From Candidatus Thermosaccharophagus tengchongensis (GTDB lineage Bacteria > Armatimonadota > Fervidibacteria > Fervidibacterales > Thermosaccharophagaceae): DNA of 64,000 nt. Positions 9,744 to 20,333 of the stretch are shown here, in pieces. The position numbers were made by a program, and so were the translations under genes. The notes beneath the pieces are model-generated. The model saw only the letters and a program-made list of their open reading frames with translations. It made no database searches and had not been told where the DNA came from. The stretch lies in the NCBI GenBank assembly GCA_032161105.1, contig JAVHTD010000002.1; one strand, given 5' to 3'. Positions within the stretch are counted from its first letter, which is position 1; every line of letters starts with the position of its first letter.

Positions 9744-10913
9744 TCATGCGCTTGCATCCGCTGCTGCTTCCCCAAATGCGTTTAATGTGAGCATTGCCGT
9801 CTGCTCCCATGAGAACTGCGAAGCCCTTTCCAATCCCTTTCGGCTTAGCTCGGTGCGCAGGTCGCAATCGGTGAGCAACTGCATTAAAGCTTTAGCCCAG
9901 CCATCCACATCATTCGGATCAACCATCAATGCGGCGCCTTCGGCTATCTCCGGCAATGCGGGTGCATTGCTGCATATAACAGGTGTGCCACAAGCCATAG
10001 CTTCAATGACTGGCAATCCGAAGCCCTCGGCAAGCGATGGATAGACCAACGCCTCAGCGCCGCAAATCATCGCCGGAAGGTCATCATCGGGGACATAACC
10101 AATGTGTATGACTTCCCTATCAAGTCCGAGGCGCCCAATTTCACCGATTGTATCTTCGCCATACCATCCGACATCACCAACAAGGACAAGTTTGTGCGGT
10201 AGCAAGCCCTTGAGCGCAGCGAATGCCTTTAACAGCGTGGGCAAGTTCTTTCGTGGCTCTATCACCCCGACATATATGACAAATTGTTTTGGCAACCCAT
10301 ACTTGCGAAGCACATGCTCAATCTTCTCCCTTGGCTGTGGCTTAAAATGTTCAGCCGGCGCGAGTGGCGTGACGACAATCTTTTCCCTCGCGAAGCCAAA
10401 CAAGTTTGCCAGTTGTTCCTTAACGGCATTTGAGAATGTGAGCAGTCGCTTTGCCCTCCTTGCCCAAAGCATCGTGATTCGGGTGGCATCAATCGTTGAT
10501 GGTAAGTGGCAGTGAGGATGGGTGAGTGGAGTTAGGTCAAAGATGGTGAGCACAAGTGAGCCGCGCAGATATGGCAGGAATGGGTAGAATGGCGAGAAGT
10601 AAACATCGGGTTTGCCGAAGAGGGCATCGCCGATTGGCATCTTGTTAAACCGCAGGAACAAGAGCCGCAATTTGCGGTTGTGAAAGAGCCTCGTCGGGAA
10701 GGGAGTGATGTTTATCTTGACGCGCCCGCTTGCCGAATCGGGTATGGGAACACCCTTCGCATCCAACGGGCGCTTCAACATGCATCCGTGCCAGATGGTG
10801 TAATGGTTACATGAGTCTATGCTTAACAGCTTCCGAAGAAGCTCCCTAACATATATACCAGAGCCCGCCGGTCGCCTAAACACCTCAATGGGCGCGTAAA
10901 AAAGGATTTTCAT
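9744..10913 (-). CDS. Glycosyltransferase family 4
   Basis: GVIEPRKN and YPSLAEGFGLPVIEAMACGTPV. Start moved to MKILFYAP at 10913. Confidence 0.9.
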   Translation of the reverse strand: MKILFYAPIEVFRRPAGSGIYVRELLRKLLSIDSCNHYTIWHGCMLKRPLDAKGVPIPDSASGRVKINITPFPTRLFHNRKLRLLFLRFNKMPIGDALFGKPDVYFSPFYPFLPYLRGSLVLTIFDLTPLTHPHCHLPSTIDATRITMLWARRAKRLLTFSNAVKEQLANLFGFAREKIVVTPLAPAEHFKPQPREKIEHVLRKYGLPKQFVIYVGVIEPRKNLPTLLKAFAALKGLLPHKLVLVGDVGWYGEDTIGEIGRLGLDREVIHIGYVPDDDLPAMICGAEALVYPSLAEGFGLPVIEAMACGTPVICSNAPALPEIAEGAALMVDPNDVDGWAKALMQLLTDCDLRTELSRKGLERASQFSWEQTAMLTLNAFGEAAADASA

Positions 10914-10995
10914 CGCAGGTTCACATTCACCTGATGGGGTTTCAAAGATGCCAATTGCCAATTTTGGCACGCCGACATGAGGTGGCACATGGGAT

Positions 10996-11820
10996 GTGTT
11001 TTTTGATATGGTGGTGAGGCAAAATGGGGATCGTGCACTCGCTGCAGCGGTTGGGCAGGCTAATGCTTGTCTTGAATCCCGCTGCATGTCTGATATTGCT
11101 TACGGAGGGCAAAGGAAGAGCAAGGGCATACCTGTCGCACATTTGGTGGGCATTCATCAATGCAAGTTATTACCGGCTTTCGCCACTTTTCCGTTGCTCC
11201 TCCCGAGGGCAAGGGTTGAGGAGATCTTTGAGGGGATTGATATAAGCCATATTGAGATGCTTTACCCCATGCCCCGTCCCGGTGGCGTTAGCGTTGAGGA
11301 ACTCATTATCATATGTGCCATTGTGCGGATGCTCAATCCGAAACTCATCGTTGAGATAGGGACATGTGAGGGCAGGACGGCATTGAATATGGCATATCAC
11401 TCACCGGAAGATGCGCAGTTGATCACACTTGACTTGCCTCCCGATTTGCTGCCGCAGAGTCCGGAAAGGACAGTTGAGAGCGGGCCTGATTATCGTCAAA
11501 TGGGGATGCCAAGGCCGGGCACACTGTTTGAGAGCCATCCGCTCAAGCGCAAGATAAAACTTGTGCTTGCCGATTCAACGAAGTTTGATTGGACGCCATA
11601 TGATGGGTTGGTTGACTTGGTCTTCATTGATGGTGCGCACGATTTCGTTAGCGTCATGAAAGACAGCGAGAATGCCCTGCGCATTGTGAAAAGTGGCGGG
11701 GTCATCTTATGGCACGATTATGGTGTTGTGGAGGGAGTTACGGCGGCTTTGAATGGGCTCGGAAAGCGCTACCCGATAAAGCACATAAGCGGGACAAGCA
11801 TAGCATGCCTGCGAACTTAG
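10996..11820 (+). CDS. Class I SAM-dependent methyltransferase (Methyltransf_24-like); start uncertain
   Basis: IVEIGTCEG, ITLD, DLVFIDGAH and GGVILWHDY motifs. Confidence 0.85.
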   Translation: MFFDMVVRQNGDRALAAAVGQANACLESRCMSDIAYGGQRKSKGIPVAHLVGIHQCKLLPAFATFPLLLPRARVEEIFEGIDISHIEMLYPMPRPGGVSVEELIIICAIVRMLNPKLIVEIGTCEGRTALNMAYHSPEDAQLITLDLPPDLLPQSPERTVESGPDYRQMGMPRPGTLFESHPLKRKIKLVLADSTKFDWTPYDGLVDLVFIDGAHDFVSVMKDSENALRIVKSGGVILWHDYGVVEGVTAALNGLGKRYPIKHISGTSIACLRT

Positions 11821-11833
11821 GAGTGACAAGCCG

Positions 11834-12934
11834 ATGGCGCGCATAGCAGTTGATGCACGCCCATTGGTGAAGGGTGGGCGCACCGGCGTTGAAAATGTGA
11901 GCCATCAATTCTTGAATCTCATCCTGCGCGCCCGATTGGAGCACCAATGGTATTTCTACTTCGCCGAACCACCATCAATTGACCTTCCGCCGGAGATACG
12001 CTGGCGGAGTTATCGCGGCAAAGGATGGCTTCGCTTAGTCGTCCCGATTTGGTTGCTTGTTGATCGCATTCAGCTTGTTCACTTCGGAATAGCGTATGTG
12101 CCGCCACTCGCAAGGTTCACGCCATCAAAGGTTGCAGTCACAGCATGCGATGTTATGTGGCTCGATGACATCAGCATCATTGACCCGCCGAGCCGTAAAT
12201 TCATCCTTAAGGGCGTTCTACCGTCGCTCAAATATCGTTCCGATCATTTGATTGCGATATCCAAAGCCACAAAGTCAGACCTGATTTGCAAGCTCGGTGT
12301 GCCAAGTGAAAGGGTGAGCCTCGTTTATCCTTATGTGCCGGAAAGGTTTAAGCCGATCCAAAACGCAGGCGATGCCGTAAGGCAACTTTATGGGATTGAT
12401 GGGCACTTCTTCCTCTTCGTGGGTGTCGCCAAGCCGAACAAAAACATTGGGAGGTTGTTGGATGCGTTTTCGCTTGTGCGCGCGTCGCATCCGGATACTA
12501 AGTTGGTCATTGCCGGGTTCGTCATGCCGTTTTGGGAAGAGACGCAGCGCATACTGCGCGGCGAGCCGAATGTAATTTGGTTGCGCTATGTCCCTGATGA
12601 TCATCTTCCGCTGCTCTACAGCGCTTGCGTCGCTTTTGTTTCCCCGGCATTAAACGAGGGCTTCGGGTTGCCGCTTCTTGAGGCAATGGCATGTGGTGCG
12701 CCAGTCATAGCGGGCAATGCCGGAGCACAACCCGAAGTTGTTGGTGATGCCGGACTGCTTGTAGACCCGTTTGATGTTGATGGCATTGCGGATGCCATGA
12801 AAGCCATACTCGGTGATGCATCACTGCGCTCCAGAATGTCGGCGGGCTCAATTGAGCGTTCTCGCATGTTTAATGCGGAGCGCTCATTGGAGCAATTGTT
12901 GCTCGCATATGAGCGAGCATTGGGCAAGGGTTGA
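11834..12934 (+). CDS. Glycosyltransferase family 4
   Basis: MARIAVDAR start and EGFGLPLLEAMACGAPV. Confidence 0.92.
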   Translation: MARIAVDARPLVKGGRTGVENVSHQFLNLILRARLEHQWYFYFAEPPSIDLPPEIRWRSYRGKGWLRLVVPIWLLVDRIQLVHFGIAYVPPLARFTPSKVAVTACDVMWLDDISIIDPPSRKFILKGVLPSLKYRSDHLIAISKATKSDLICKLGVPSERVSLVYPYVPERFKPIQNAGDAVRQLYGIDGHFFLFVGVAKPNKNIGRLLDAFSLVRASHPDTKLVIAGFVMPFWEETQRILRGEPNVIWLRYVPDDHLPLLYSACVAFVSPALNEGFGLPLLEAMACGAPVIAGNAGAQPEVVGDAGLLVDPFDVDGIADAMKAILGDASLRSRMSAGSIERSRMFNAERSLEQLLLAYERALGKG

Positions 12935-13071
12935 GTGTGTCCTCACATCGTTTTAGCTTCGCTCAACGGCTCGCGTCATGCTGCAATATCGGTAAGTGGC
13001 TTTTGAATGGGAGCGCTCTCTGGCTGTAGCGATTGCCCACAGTTCATCCCGATGCGTGGAGGTGCACAAGT

Positions 13072-14490
13072 ATGCCCGCCACTCCATCTGAAGTGATAGC
13101 CATGGCTAAGGAGGAGAATGTGCAAGTGATTGATTTGCGCTTTACCGATTTGTTCGGCACATGGCAGCACTTCAGCTTGTCCATGCGCGAGTTCTCGGAG
13201 GAGGTCTTTGAAAGCGGCATCGGATTTGATGGCTCATCAATACGCGGGTTCCAAGAGATACATGAGAGCGACATGGTGCTCATCCCGGATCCGCAAACAG
13301 CGTTCATTGACCCATTCTTTGATGTTCCAACGATGGTGCTCATATGCGATGTTGTTGACCCAGTGACGCGTGAACGCTACCCAAGGGATCCGAGATACAT
13401 CGCCCAGAAGGCTGAGCGTTACTTGATAAGCACGGGGATCGCTGACACAAGCTACTGGGGTCCGGAAGCCGAGTTCTTCATCTTCAACGATGTCCGTTAT
13501 GACAGCGCATCAAACTATTGCTATTACTTCGTGGATTCGCTGGAGGGCATATGGAACTCCGGGAGGGAGGAAAACCCAAACCTCGCTCACAAGTTGCGCC
13601 ATAAAGAGGGATACTTCCCAGTGCCGCCGTCGGACACACTCCAAGATATTCGTTCGGAGATAATGCTCACGCTTGAGCGCGTAGGAATACAGTGCGAGGT
13701 TCACCATCACGAAGTGGCAACTGGTGGGCAAGGAGAGGTTGACCTTCGCTATGATACGCTTGTTCGCATGGCTGACAAAGTTTTGGTGCTCAAGTATGTC
13801 GTGAAGATGGTCGCAAAGAAGCACGGTATGACAGCCACATTTATGCCAAAGCCGTTATTTGGCGACAATGGCTCGGGAATGCATACCCATCAGAGCTTGT
13901 GGCTTCGCGGCACAAACTTGTTTTATGATGAAAGGGGCTATGCGCAGCTAAGCACGATTGCGCGCTATTACATCGGTGGATTGATGAAGCACGCTCCGGC
14001 GCTACTCGCATTTTGTGCTCCAACGGTCAACTCTTATAGGCGGCTTGTGCCGGGTTATGAAGCGCCTGTCAGATTGGCATACTCTCAGAGGAACAGGAGC
14101 GCATGCATTCGCATCCCAGTCTACTCACGAGACCCGAAGGCGAAGCGTATTGAGTTCCGACCGCCAGACCCAAGCTGCAATCCGTATCTTGCATTTGCAG
14201 CCATGCTCATGGCTGGCATTGATGGCATCTTAAACCGCATAGACCCGGGTGAGCCAGTGGACAAAAACATTTACGACCTCCCACCCGAGGAGGCAAAGGC
14301 GATTCCAGTGTTGCCATCCTCACTTGAAGAGGTGTTGGAGCATTTGGAAGCCGACCACACATTCCTGCTGCGTGGGGATGTGTTCACCGAGGATGTGATA
14401 CGGGTTTGGATTGAGTGCAAACGAAGGGAGATTGACGCCCTGCGCATACGCCCGCACCCGTATGAGTTTTACCTTTACTACGACGCATAA
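13072..14490 (+). CDS. glnA: Glutamine synthetase type I
   Basis: [51 protein letters not shown] and the adenylylation-site-like NIYDLP. GGAGG RBS before ATG 13072. Confidence 0.97.
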   Translation: MPATPSEVIAMAKEENVQVIDLRFTDLFGTWQHFSLSMREFSEEVFESGIGFDGSSIRGFQEIHESDMVLIPDPQTAFIDPFFDVPTMVLICDVVDPVTRERYPRDPRYIAQKAERYLISTGIADTSYWGPEAEFFIFNDVRYDSASNYCYYFVDSLEGIWNSGREENPNLAHKLRHKEGYFPVPPSDTLQDIRSEIMLTLERVGIQCEVHHHEVATGGQGEVDLRYDTLVRMADKVLVLKYVVKMVAKKHGMTATFMPKPLFGDNGSGMHTHQSLWLRGTNLFYDERGYAQLSTIARYYIGGLMKHAPALLAFCAPTVNSYRRLVPGYEAPVRLAYSQRNRSACIRIPVYSRDPKAKRIEFRPPDPSCNPYLAFAAMLMAGIDGILNRIDPGEPVDKNIYDLPPEEAKAIPVLPSSLEEVLEHLEADHTFLLRGDVFTEDVIRVWIECKRREIDALRIRPHPYEFYLYYDA

Positions 14491-14684
14491 GGTTCGGTTG
14501 GCGCATTGCACATGCTATTGGTGAGTTCTGTGAATGTGGGTTTGGATGTCAATGTGAGCCGAGTGAGAGCGCTTAAAGCGCTAAAGCGATACCGCAGCAT
14601 GAGCAATACTGAATGTGTAGGTTGACGGTGCCCGAGAATGATGTGAGCAGCTTAACACTCTCAAGTGGAAGGGGGTAGGAGGAT

Positions 14685-15731
14685 ATGCCTCACATGAAGG
14701 CGGCGGTGTTGCATGGCATCAATGACATTCGGATTGAGGAAGTTGAGATGCCGAATATCAAAAACGACGACGATGTGCTTATACGCATAAGGGCTGTCGG
14801 GATTTGCGGTTCGGATATCCATTACTACCGGGAGGGACGCATAGGCAGGTTCGTCGTGACGAAGCCGCACATATTGGGACATGAGTGCAGCGGCGAAGTT
14901 GTGGAAGTTGGGAAGGCTATCAAGCACTTGAAGCCGGGTGATAGGGTGGCCATTGAACCCGGTGTTGGATGCCGCAAGTGCAAGTATTGCCATGAGGGGC
15001 GATACAACCTTTGCCCCGACGAGACTTTTATGGGGACACCACCGACGAATGGTGCATTCACTGAGTATGTTGTATGGTCTGGCGACTTCGTCTACAAACT
15101 TCCCGACGAAATCCCATACGAGGCTGGTGCGCTTTGCGAACCGCTCGCTGTGGCTCTCCATGCAATCAACATGTCGGATATGAAGCCTGCGGCAACTGTG
15201 GCTGTGCTCGGCTGTGGACCAATTGGGTTGGCTCTGATTCAGGCTGCGTTGGCAAGCGGCGCTTCGGATGTCATAGCGACGGACATATACCCGTTGAGGT
15301 TGGCTAAGGCTAAAGAGCTTGGTGCAAGTCATGTGTTTAATGCCAATGAGGTGGACGCAGTTGAGGCGATACTTGATGTCACAGGCGGTGCTGGCGTTGA
15401 TGTTGTGTTTGAGGCTGCCGGATCAGTCGTGACTCAAAGGCAATCATTTTCAGTGGTTAAGAGCGGCGGTGTGATCGTGCTTGTGGGAATGACCGCAGAG
15501 GCGACAACCGAAGTCCCGCTGCTTGACTTGATCACGCGTGAATATCAGGTGCGCGGGATATTGCGCTATGCAAACAGCTATCCACAGGCGGTAGCGTTCA
15601 CAATCCTTGGAAGGGTCAATTTGCTCCCGATGGTCACTCACCGCTTCCCACTGGATAAGGCGGTTGAAGCGCTTGAGCTTTCGGACATGCGTAAGGACGA
15701 GTCAATCAAAGTTATGATCACGATGGATTGA
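14685..15731 (+). CDS. Zn-dependent NAD+ polyol dehydrogenase (sorbitol/iditol dehydrogenase-like)
   Basis: GICGSD, GHECSG, structural-zinc CRKCKYC...C and GCGPIG. Confidence 0.92.
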   Translation: MPHMKAAVLHGINDIRIEEVEMPNIKNDDDVLIRIRAVGICGSDIHYYREGRIGRFVVTKPHILGHECSGEVVEVGKAIKHLKPGDRVAIEPGVGCRKCKYCHEGRYNLCPDETFMGTPPTNGAFTEYVVWSGDFVYKLPDEIPYEAGALCEPLAVALHAINMSDMKPAATVAVLGCGPIGLALIQAALASGASDVIATDIYPLRLAKAKELGASHVFNANEVDAVEAILDVTGGAGVDVVFEAAGSVVTQRQSFSVVKSGGVIVLVGMTAEATTEVPLLDLITREYQVRGILRYANSYPQAVAFTILGRVNLLPMVTHRFPLDKAVEALELSDMRKDESIKVMITMD

Positions 15732-15801
15732 GGCAGTGATGCCGTGCCTCTTCGTTAACGCGTCACTGTGACTCACAGCGGTCTCATTTGATGGGCGAAC
15801 G

Positions 15802-16101
15802 ATGACGGAGTTTAGATTGAAGGACAAATTCTATGTTGAGACGCTTGCAAGAGCTGTTGATGAGGTGCGCTTTGAGAGGCGTTGGAGGCTGCGCATAAGC
15901 ATCGGCAAGGATGGGTGCGCAGTCAAATTGCACCGTTTCATCTTTCCCGTCACCATTCTCTCCGTCAATCATGATGTGGTCAGGATATTTAGGCGTGAGG
16001 GGTGGGTTGTGTGGGAGGCGTATCAAAAGCGAGCGTTGGCGCAGGAGCCATTGCGCAGGCTGATTGATGAGTTGCGATTTTGGGACCTGCTCATGAGGTA
16101 A
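15802..16101 (+). CDS. Hypothetical protein (99 aa)
   Basis: Fills the gap between co-oriented genes. No family recognised. Confidence 0.55.
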   Translation: MTEFRLKDKFYVETLARAVDEVRFERRWRLRISIGKDGCAVKLHRFIFPVTILSVNHDVVRIFRREGWVVWEAYQKRALAQEPLRRLIDELRFWDLLMR

Positions 16102-16168
16102 TCCTGCTGAGTGGTAGTTTGTTGGGTTTGTTTGCATCGGTAAAGCGGTGTGTGGCGGGTGAGATTCA

Positions 16169-17866
16169 ATGGCGCATGTTGAAAGGTATCTTGTCAGCGC
16201 GAGGGATTGCGAGAGCAGTGGGATGGTAGTGCGCCATTACGATTCCGTCGTGATCGGCAGCGGCATAGCTGGGCTTTGGACGGCACTGAAATTATCGCAG
16301 CTGGGTGACTTGAAGATCGCCATCGTAACCAAGTCATCTGCGCACGAGTGTAACACTTATTATGCTCAAGGTGGAATTGCCGCGGTGACAAGCCCCAATG
16401 ACTCACCGGAGATGCACTTCAAGGACACGGTCAACGCTGGTGCGGGTCTGTGCAACGAAGAGGCTGTATGGACGCTCGTCTCGGAAGCGCCTGATAGGGT
16501 CAATGAGCTATGCTTCCTCGGGGTCAGGTTTGAGATGGAGGATGGGAAGCCGAAGTTGGCTCATGAAGGTGCTCACAGTGTCAGGCGAATCATCTACGCG
16601 CTGGGGGACAGAACTGGGTATGAGATTGAACGGGTGCTGCTCGGGAAGGTGAGGGAAGCAAAGATTGATCTCATTGAATGGGCGTTTGCTATTGACCTGC
16701 TCGCGGATGATGAGTGCTTTGGTGTGCTTGTCTGGTCGGAGCAGGACGGCAGATACATGGCGTTGGTTTCATCAGTCACATTCATATGCACCGGTGGCAT
16801 CGGGCAACTTTACGAATCAACCACAAATGCAAGGGTGGCAACGGGCGATGGGTTAGCTTTGGCATATCGTGCCGGTGCTGAGCTATCGGACATTGAGTTT
16901 GTGCAATTTCATCCCACCGCGCTCGTTGAGAGGCGTTCTCAGAGGTTGCTTTTGAGCGAGACGATGCGCGGCGAGGGCGGCATCTTGCTCAATGTAAATG
17001 GTGAGCGCTTCATGCCGCGTTATCATCCGATGGCGGAGCTCGCCCCAAGAGACATTGTCAGCCGAGCAATATTTTGCGAGATGAAGCGCTTCAACACGGA
17101 CCATGTGTTTCTTGATGTGAGGTCGCTCGGAGCCGAGTTCATAAGGCGCCGTTTCCCATTCATCTACGAACAATGCCTTGAACGCGGCTATGACCCATCA
17201 AAACAACCGTTGCCGGTAGCACCCGCAGCACACTATCTTGTAGGCGGCATTAAGGTTGACCTTTTCGGGCGCACGAGCATCCGCAGGCTATTTGCAGTCG
17301 GTGAAGCGGCTTGCACCGGCTTGCATGGTGCAAACAGGCTTGCGAGCAACTCGCTCAATGAAGCCCTTGTCTTTGGGCATAGAGCTGCGATGGCAGCTGC
17401 CAAACTTATAGCTTGTGGGCATCCGAATTTAGATCCAAAGGCATTGCTGCCAAGCAAGGTGCCGGCTGGGAAGGATGTCAATTTCGTCCACATGAGAAGC
17501 AGCCTCCAAAAGCTCATGCAAGAGAGCGTTGGGATAGTGCGCACAGGACAGGGGCTCGGGATGGCTCGTTCGCAGCTTGAATATTGGCTTGAAGCGATAA
17601 AGCGTGTCCCGCCGGATGTCAGGGCATGGGAGACAATAAACATGCTCCTTGTTGGGAGGCTGATAGTTGAATCGGCGTTGAGGCGCACCGAAAGTAGGGG
17701 TGCGCATTACCGTGAAGATTACCCGACGAGGGACGACACAAGTTGGGCAATGCACATCGTTCACAAGCCCATCGTTTGCGAGAACGGCGTCCTGGTTCCC
17801 GGGATGGTTGGCTTGGAGAGGGTGGTTAGGGTAAGGGAGAAGCAATCCAAAGATGCAGGCGATTAA
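16169..17866 (+). CDS. nadB: L-aspartate oxidase
   Basis: GSGIAG, YAQGGIAA, EGAHSVRRI, FVQFHPT, ELAPRDIVSRAI and GLHGANRLASNSL. Confidence 0.95.
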   Translation: MAHVERYLVSARDCESSGMVVRHYDSVVIGSGIAGLWTALKLSQLGDLKIAIVTKSSAHECNTYYAQGGIAAVTSPNDSPEMHFKDTVNAGAGLCNEEAVWTLVSEAPDRVNELCFLGVRFEMEDGKPKLAHEGAHSVRRIIYALGDRTGYEIERVLLGKVREAKIDLIEWAFAIDLLADDECFGVLVWSEQDGRYMALVSSVTFICTGGIGQLYESTTNARVATGDGLALAYRAGAELSDIEFVQFHPTALVERRSQRLLLSETMRGEGGILLNVNGERFMPRYHPMAELAPRDIVSRAIFCEMKRFNTDHVFLDVRSLGAEFIRRRFPFIYEQCLERGYDPSKQPLPVAPAAHYLVGGIKVDLFGRTSIRRLFAVGEAACTGLHGANRLASNSLNEALVFGHRAAMAAAKLIACGHPNLDPKALLPSKVPAGKDVNFVHMRSSLQKLMQESVGIVRTGQGLGMARSQLEYWLEAIKRVPPDVRAWETINMLLVGRLIVESALRRTESRGAHYREDYPTRDDTSWAMHIVHKPIVCENGVLVPGMVGLERVVRVREKQSKDAGD

Positions 17867-17898
17867 GATGTCAGGGAGAAAAGGCGCGGGGTGATGAT

Positions 17899-18414
17899 TT
17901 GATGCGCGGGAAAAAGAGCGGAAGGTTTGTTACGATATGTGAGACGGAGTTGCTGCGCAAAAGAGGGGTTACGAAGGTGAGCTGCGAAACCGGTTTGACG
18001 CATTTTGCCATCCCGCTATACGGCGATGATGGCAAGGTTGCGCAATGGCGCGTCCGAATTGTGCGTGCGTTGAGTGAGGCTGGGGTTAGACCAATGCTTG
18101 TCAAGTTTCACCCGCAAGCGTTGCACTTCACCGTTCATTCGGAGGAGCGCGAGATGGCGCTAAATGTTTTGAGCGGGCTGCGCCTTAAAGGGGAGCCGAA
18201 GGTGACCGATAATTGTTGCCTTATCGCCGTCATATCTTCCGCGATGCGTGACCTCCCCGGAGTGATGTCTCGTATTGCCGAGACGGCGTTGAACCTATCG
18301 GTTGATGTCCTTGAAATCAGCGATACGAGGTCAGCAGTCCTGTTGCTCGCGCATGTTGAGAAATGGGAGCTGCTTTTATCCGCTTTCCGTAAGGCGTTCG
18401 GAATTGGGCGGTGA
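17899..18414 (+). CDS. Stand-alone ACT-domain protein resembling the aspartokinase regulatory C-terminus
   Basis: CLIAVISSAMRDLPGVMSRI...VLEISD aligns by eye with the C-terminal ACT domains of aspartokinases, including the next gene. Confidence 0.75.
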   Translation: MMRGKKSGRFVTICETELLRKRGVTKVSCETGLTHFAIPLYGDDGKVAQWRVRIVRALSEAGVRPMLVKFHPQALHFTVHSEEREMALNVLSGLRLKGEPKVTDNCCLIAVISSAMRDLPGVMSRIAETALNLSVDVLEISDTRSAVLLLAHVEKWELLLSAFRKAFGIGR

Positions 18415-18444
18415 TAGCGCTTTGATTCATCTTCAGCTGTAGAG

Positions 18445-19848
18445 GTGATGCGCATGCCCTCATCTGGCAGGATAATTGTCCAGAAGTTTGGCGGGACTTC
18501 CGTTCACCCGATGGAGAACCTCATGTCCTCAGCGAGGTGTGTCATAAAAGCAATACATCAGGGGTGGACTCCTGTGGTGGTTGTTTCGGCGCCCGGGAGG
18601 AAGGGCGACCCATACGCCACTGACACTTTGAAGAAGCTCGCCGAGGATATAAATCCACAAGTGCCAGTCAAGCCGAGGGAGCTTGATCTCTTGATGACTT
18701 GCGGCGAGATCATTTCAATCGTGCTCATGGCGCAGGCAATAAGGGTAATTGGTGGATACGACACAATAGCGTTGACTGGTGGACAAGCGGGCATTTACAC
18801 GGACTATGAGTTTGGCAATGCCGCCATCCTTGAGATTGACACTCGCTACATACGCAGATGCATTAGGGAGGGCAAGATACCAGTTGTTGCTGGCTTCCAA
18901 GGTGTGACGAAGCGCATGGCAGGAGGGGAATATGTTCACGGCGCCATAACCACACTTGGCAGGGGCGGCTCAGACACAACTGCTGCTGCGCTCGGGAAGG
19001 CGCTTGGAGCGCAGCTGATTGAAATCTACACCGATGTGGATGGCGTTATGACTGCCGACCCAAAAATCGTCGGTGCGAAAGCGCGCAGGCATGAAAGCTT
19101 AACTTATGAGGAGTTGTCCGAGCTTGCGCATCTTGGCGCAAGGGTTGTTCATCCGAGGGCAGTTGAAATTGCTCATGAGAGCATGGTGCCGTTATGTGTC
19201 AGAAGCACTGGAGCTACTTCCGTGGGCACAATGGTGGACAAGTCGCTCGGGGAGTTTGGCAGCGGGTTTCACCGCATAACCGGCATAACACAATCCGCCC
19301 CAGTTGCGCACTTCAAGATAGAAGTTGAGAGGGAAAGCGACCTGCCCGAAGTTGAAATGCTCGTTTACAGGGCGCTTGGAGATTGCAGGATTAGCGTTCA
19401 CTTTAATGTGCGCTCAAAGAGAGGCTTTGAGTTCGTCGTCAATCGTGAGGCGATGCGCCAAGCCTTGGAAGTGCTTGATGGTTTGCCGATAAATGTCGGA
19501 AGGGATAAGCGTGAGCGCACTTATGTCCTGTCGGCGGATTCGGGCAGCGACTCATTCAATGTCAAGCTGCGCATGCTTAAGGAAGCCATGAGGCGCTCAG
19601 GCGGGCAGTCGGAGCTCAGGGTGACGAGGATGGAAATCGGTGCGGACAGAGCGGTGGTCTCAATCGTTGCCCCAAATGTGAGGGAGCATCCATCAGTGCT
19701 CGCACAAGCATTGGATGCATTGCTTGAAGCCAAAGTTGATGTCCATCAAATGTCGGACGCCGATCACTCACTTTCATTCCTCGTGTATGAGGAGGATGCA
19801 GCCAAAGCGGTAAGGGTGTTGCATAGCAAGTTTGTTGAGGTGGCATAA
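18445..19848 (+). CDS. Aspartate kinase (DapG/AK I-like)
   Basis: IIVQKFGGTSV, GRKGDPYATDTL, TTLGRGGSDTTA, IYTDVDGVMTADP and C-terminal ACT domains. Confidence 0.95.
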   Translation: MMRMPSSGRIIVQKFGGTSVHPMENLMSSARCVIKAIHQGWTPVVVVSAPGRKGDPYATDTLKKLAEDINPQVPVKPRELDLLMTCGEIISIVLMAQAIRVIGGYDTIALTGGQAGIYTDYEFGNAAILEIDTRYIRRCIREGKIPVVAGFQGVTKRMAGGEYVHGAITTLGRGGSDTTAAALGKALGAQLIEIYTDVDGVMTADPKIVGAKARRHESLTYEELSELAHLGARVVHPRAVEIAHESMVPLCVRSTGATSVGTMVDKSLGEFGSGFHRITGITQSAPVAHFKIEVERESDLPEVEMLVYRALGDCRISVHFNVRSKRGFEFVVNREAMRQALEVLDGLPINVGRDKRERTYVLSADSGSDSFNVKLRMLKEAMRRSGGQSELRVTRMEIGADRAVVSIVAPNVREHPSVLAQALDALLEAKVDVHQMSDADHSLSFLVYEEDAAKAVRVLHSKFVEVA

Positions 19849-19876
19849 GGGACAAAGCTGCACTTCATCTCGCCGG

Positions 19877-19893
19877 GGGCGCAAATTGCGCCC
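19877..19893. promoter_or_regulatory. Perfect inverted repeat upstream of nuoA (operator or hairpin candidate)
   Basis: GGGCGCAA-A-TTGCGCCC in the 78-nt gap between aspartate kinase and nuoA. Confidence 0.35.
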
Positions 19894-19926
19894 GTTGCTG
19901 TAATCCCGTCCAATCAATCGCTGCGG

Positions 19927-20310
19927 GTGGTTACCGTGAATTTTGTTGCAGATTATTGGTATGTGGCTCTATTCGCCCTCATGGGTGTCATGTTCATTTT
20001 TGCGGCGCTGTTCCTCGCATGGTTAATCCGCCCGCATAACCCAACGCAAGATAAACTCATGCCGTATGAATGCAGTGTGCGTCCATTGGGGGATGCAAGG
20101 GTTCAGTTTCGCATCATCTTTTACCTCGTCGCGCTGCTGTTCCTCGCATTTGATGTTGAGGTTGTTTTTCTGTTCCCATGGGCTGTTATCCTCGGAGAGC
20201 TTAGCGGCATGGGACTTGGATTGCTCGCTTGGTTTGACATGATGCTATTCATCGGCATATTGTTGGTCGCTTGGCTGTATGCATATCGCAAGGGTGTGCT
20301 TGATTGGTGA
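19927..20310 (+). CDS. nuoA: NADH-quinone oxidoreductase subunit A
   Basis: KLMPYECS, FDVEVVFLFPWA and YAYRKGVLDW. Confidence 0.95.
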   Translation: MVTVNFVADYWYVALFALMGVMFIFAALFLAWLIRPHNPTQDKLMPYECSVRPLGDARVQFRIIFYLVALLFLAFDVEVVFLFPWAVILGELSGMGLGLLAWFDMMLFIGILLVAWLYAYRKGVLDW

Positions 20311-20333
20311 GTTTGACCCAGAGGTGAAGTTGT

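Noticed and set aside
13021..13036. Sigma-54-like site upstream of glnA (TGGCTG...TTGC)
   Set aside because: The GG-to-GC spacing is one base too long for the strict -24/-12 geometry.
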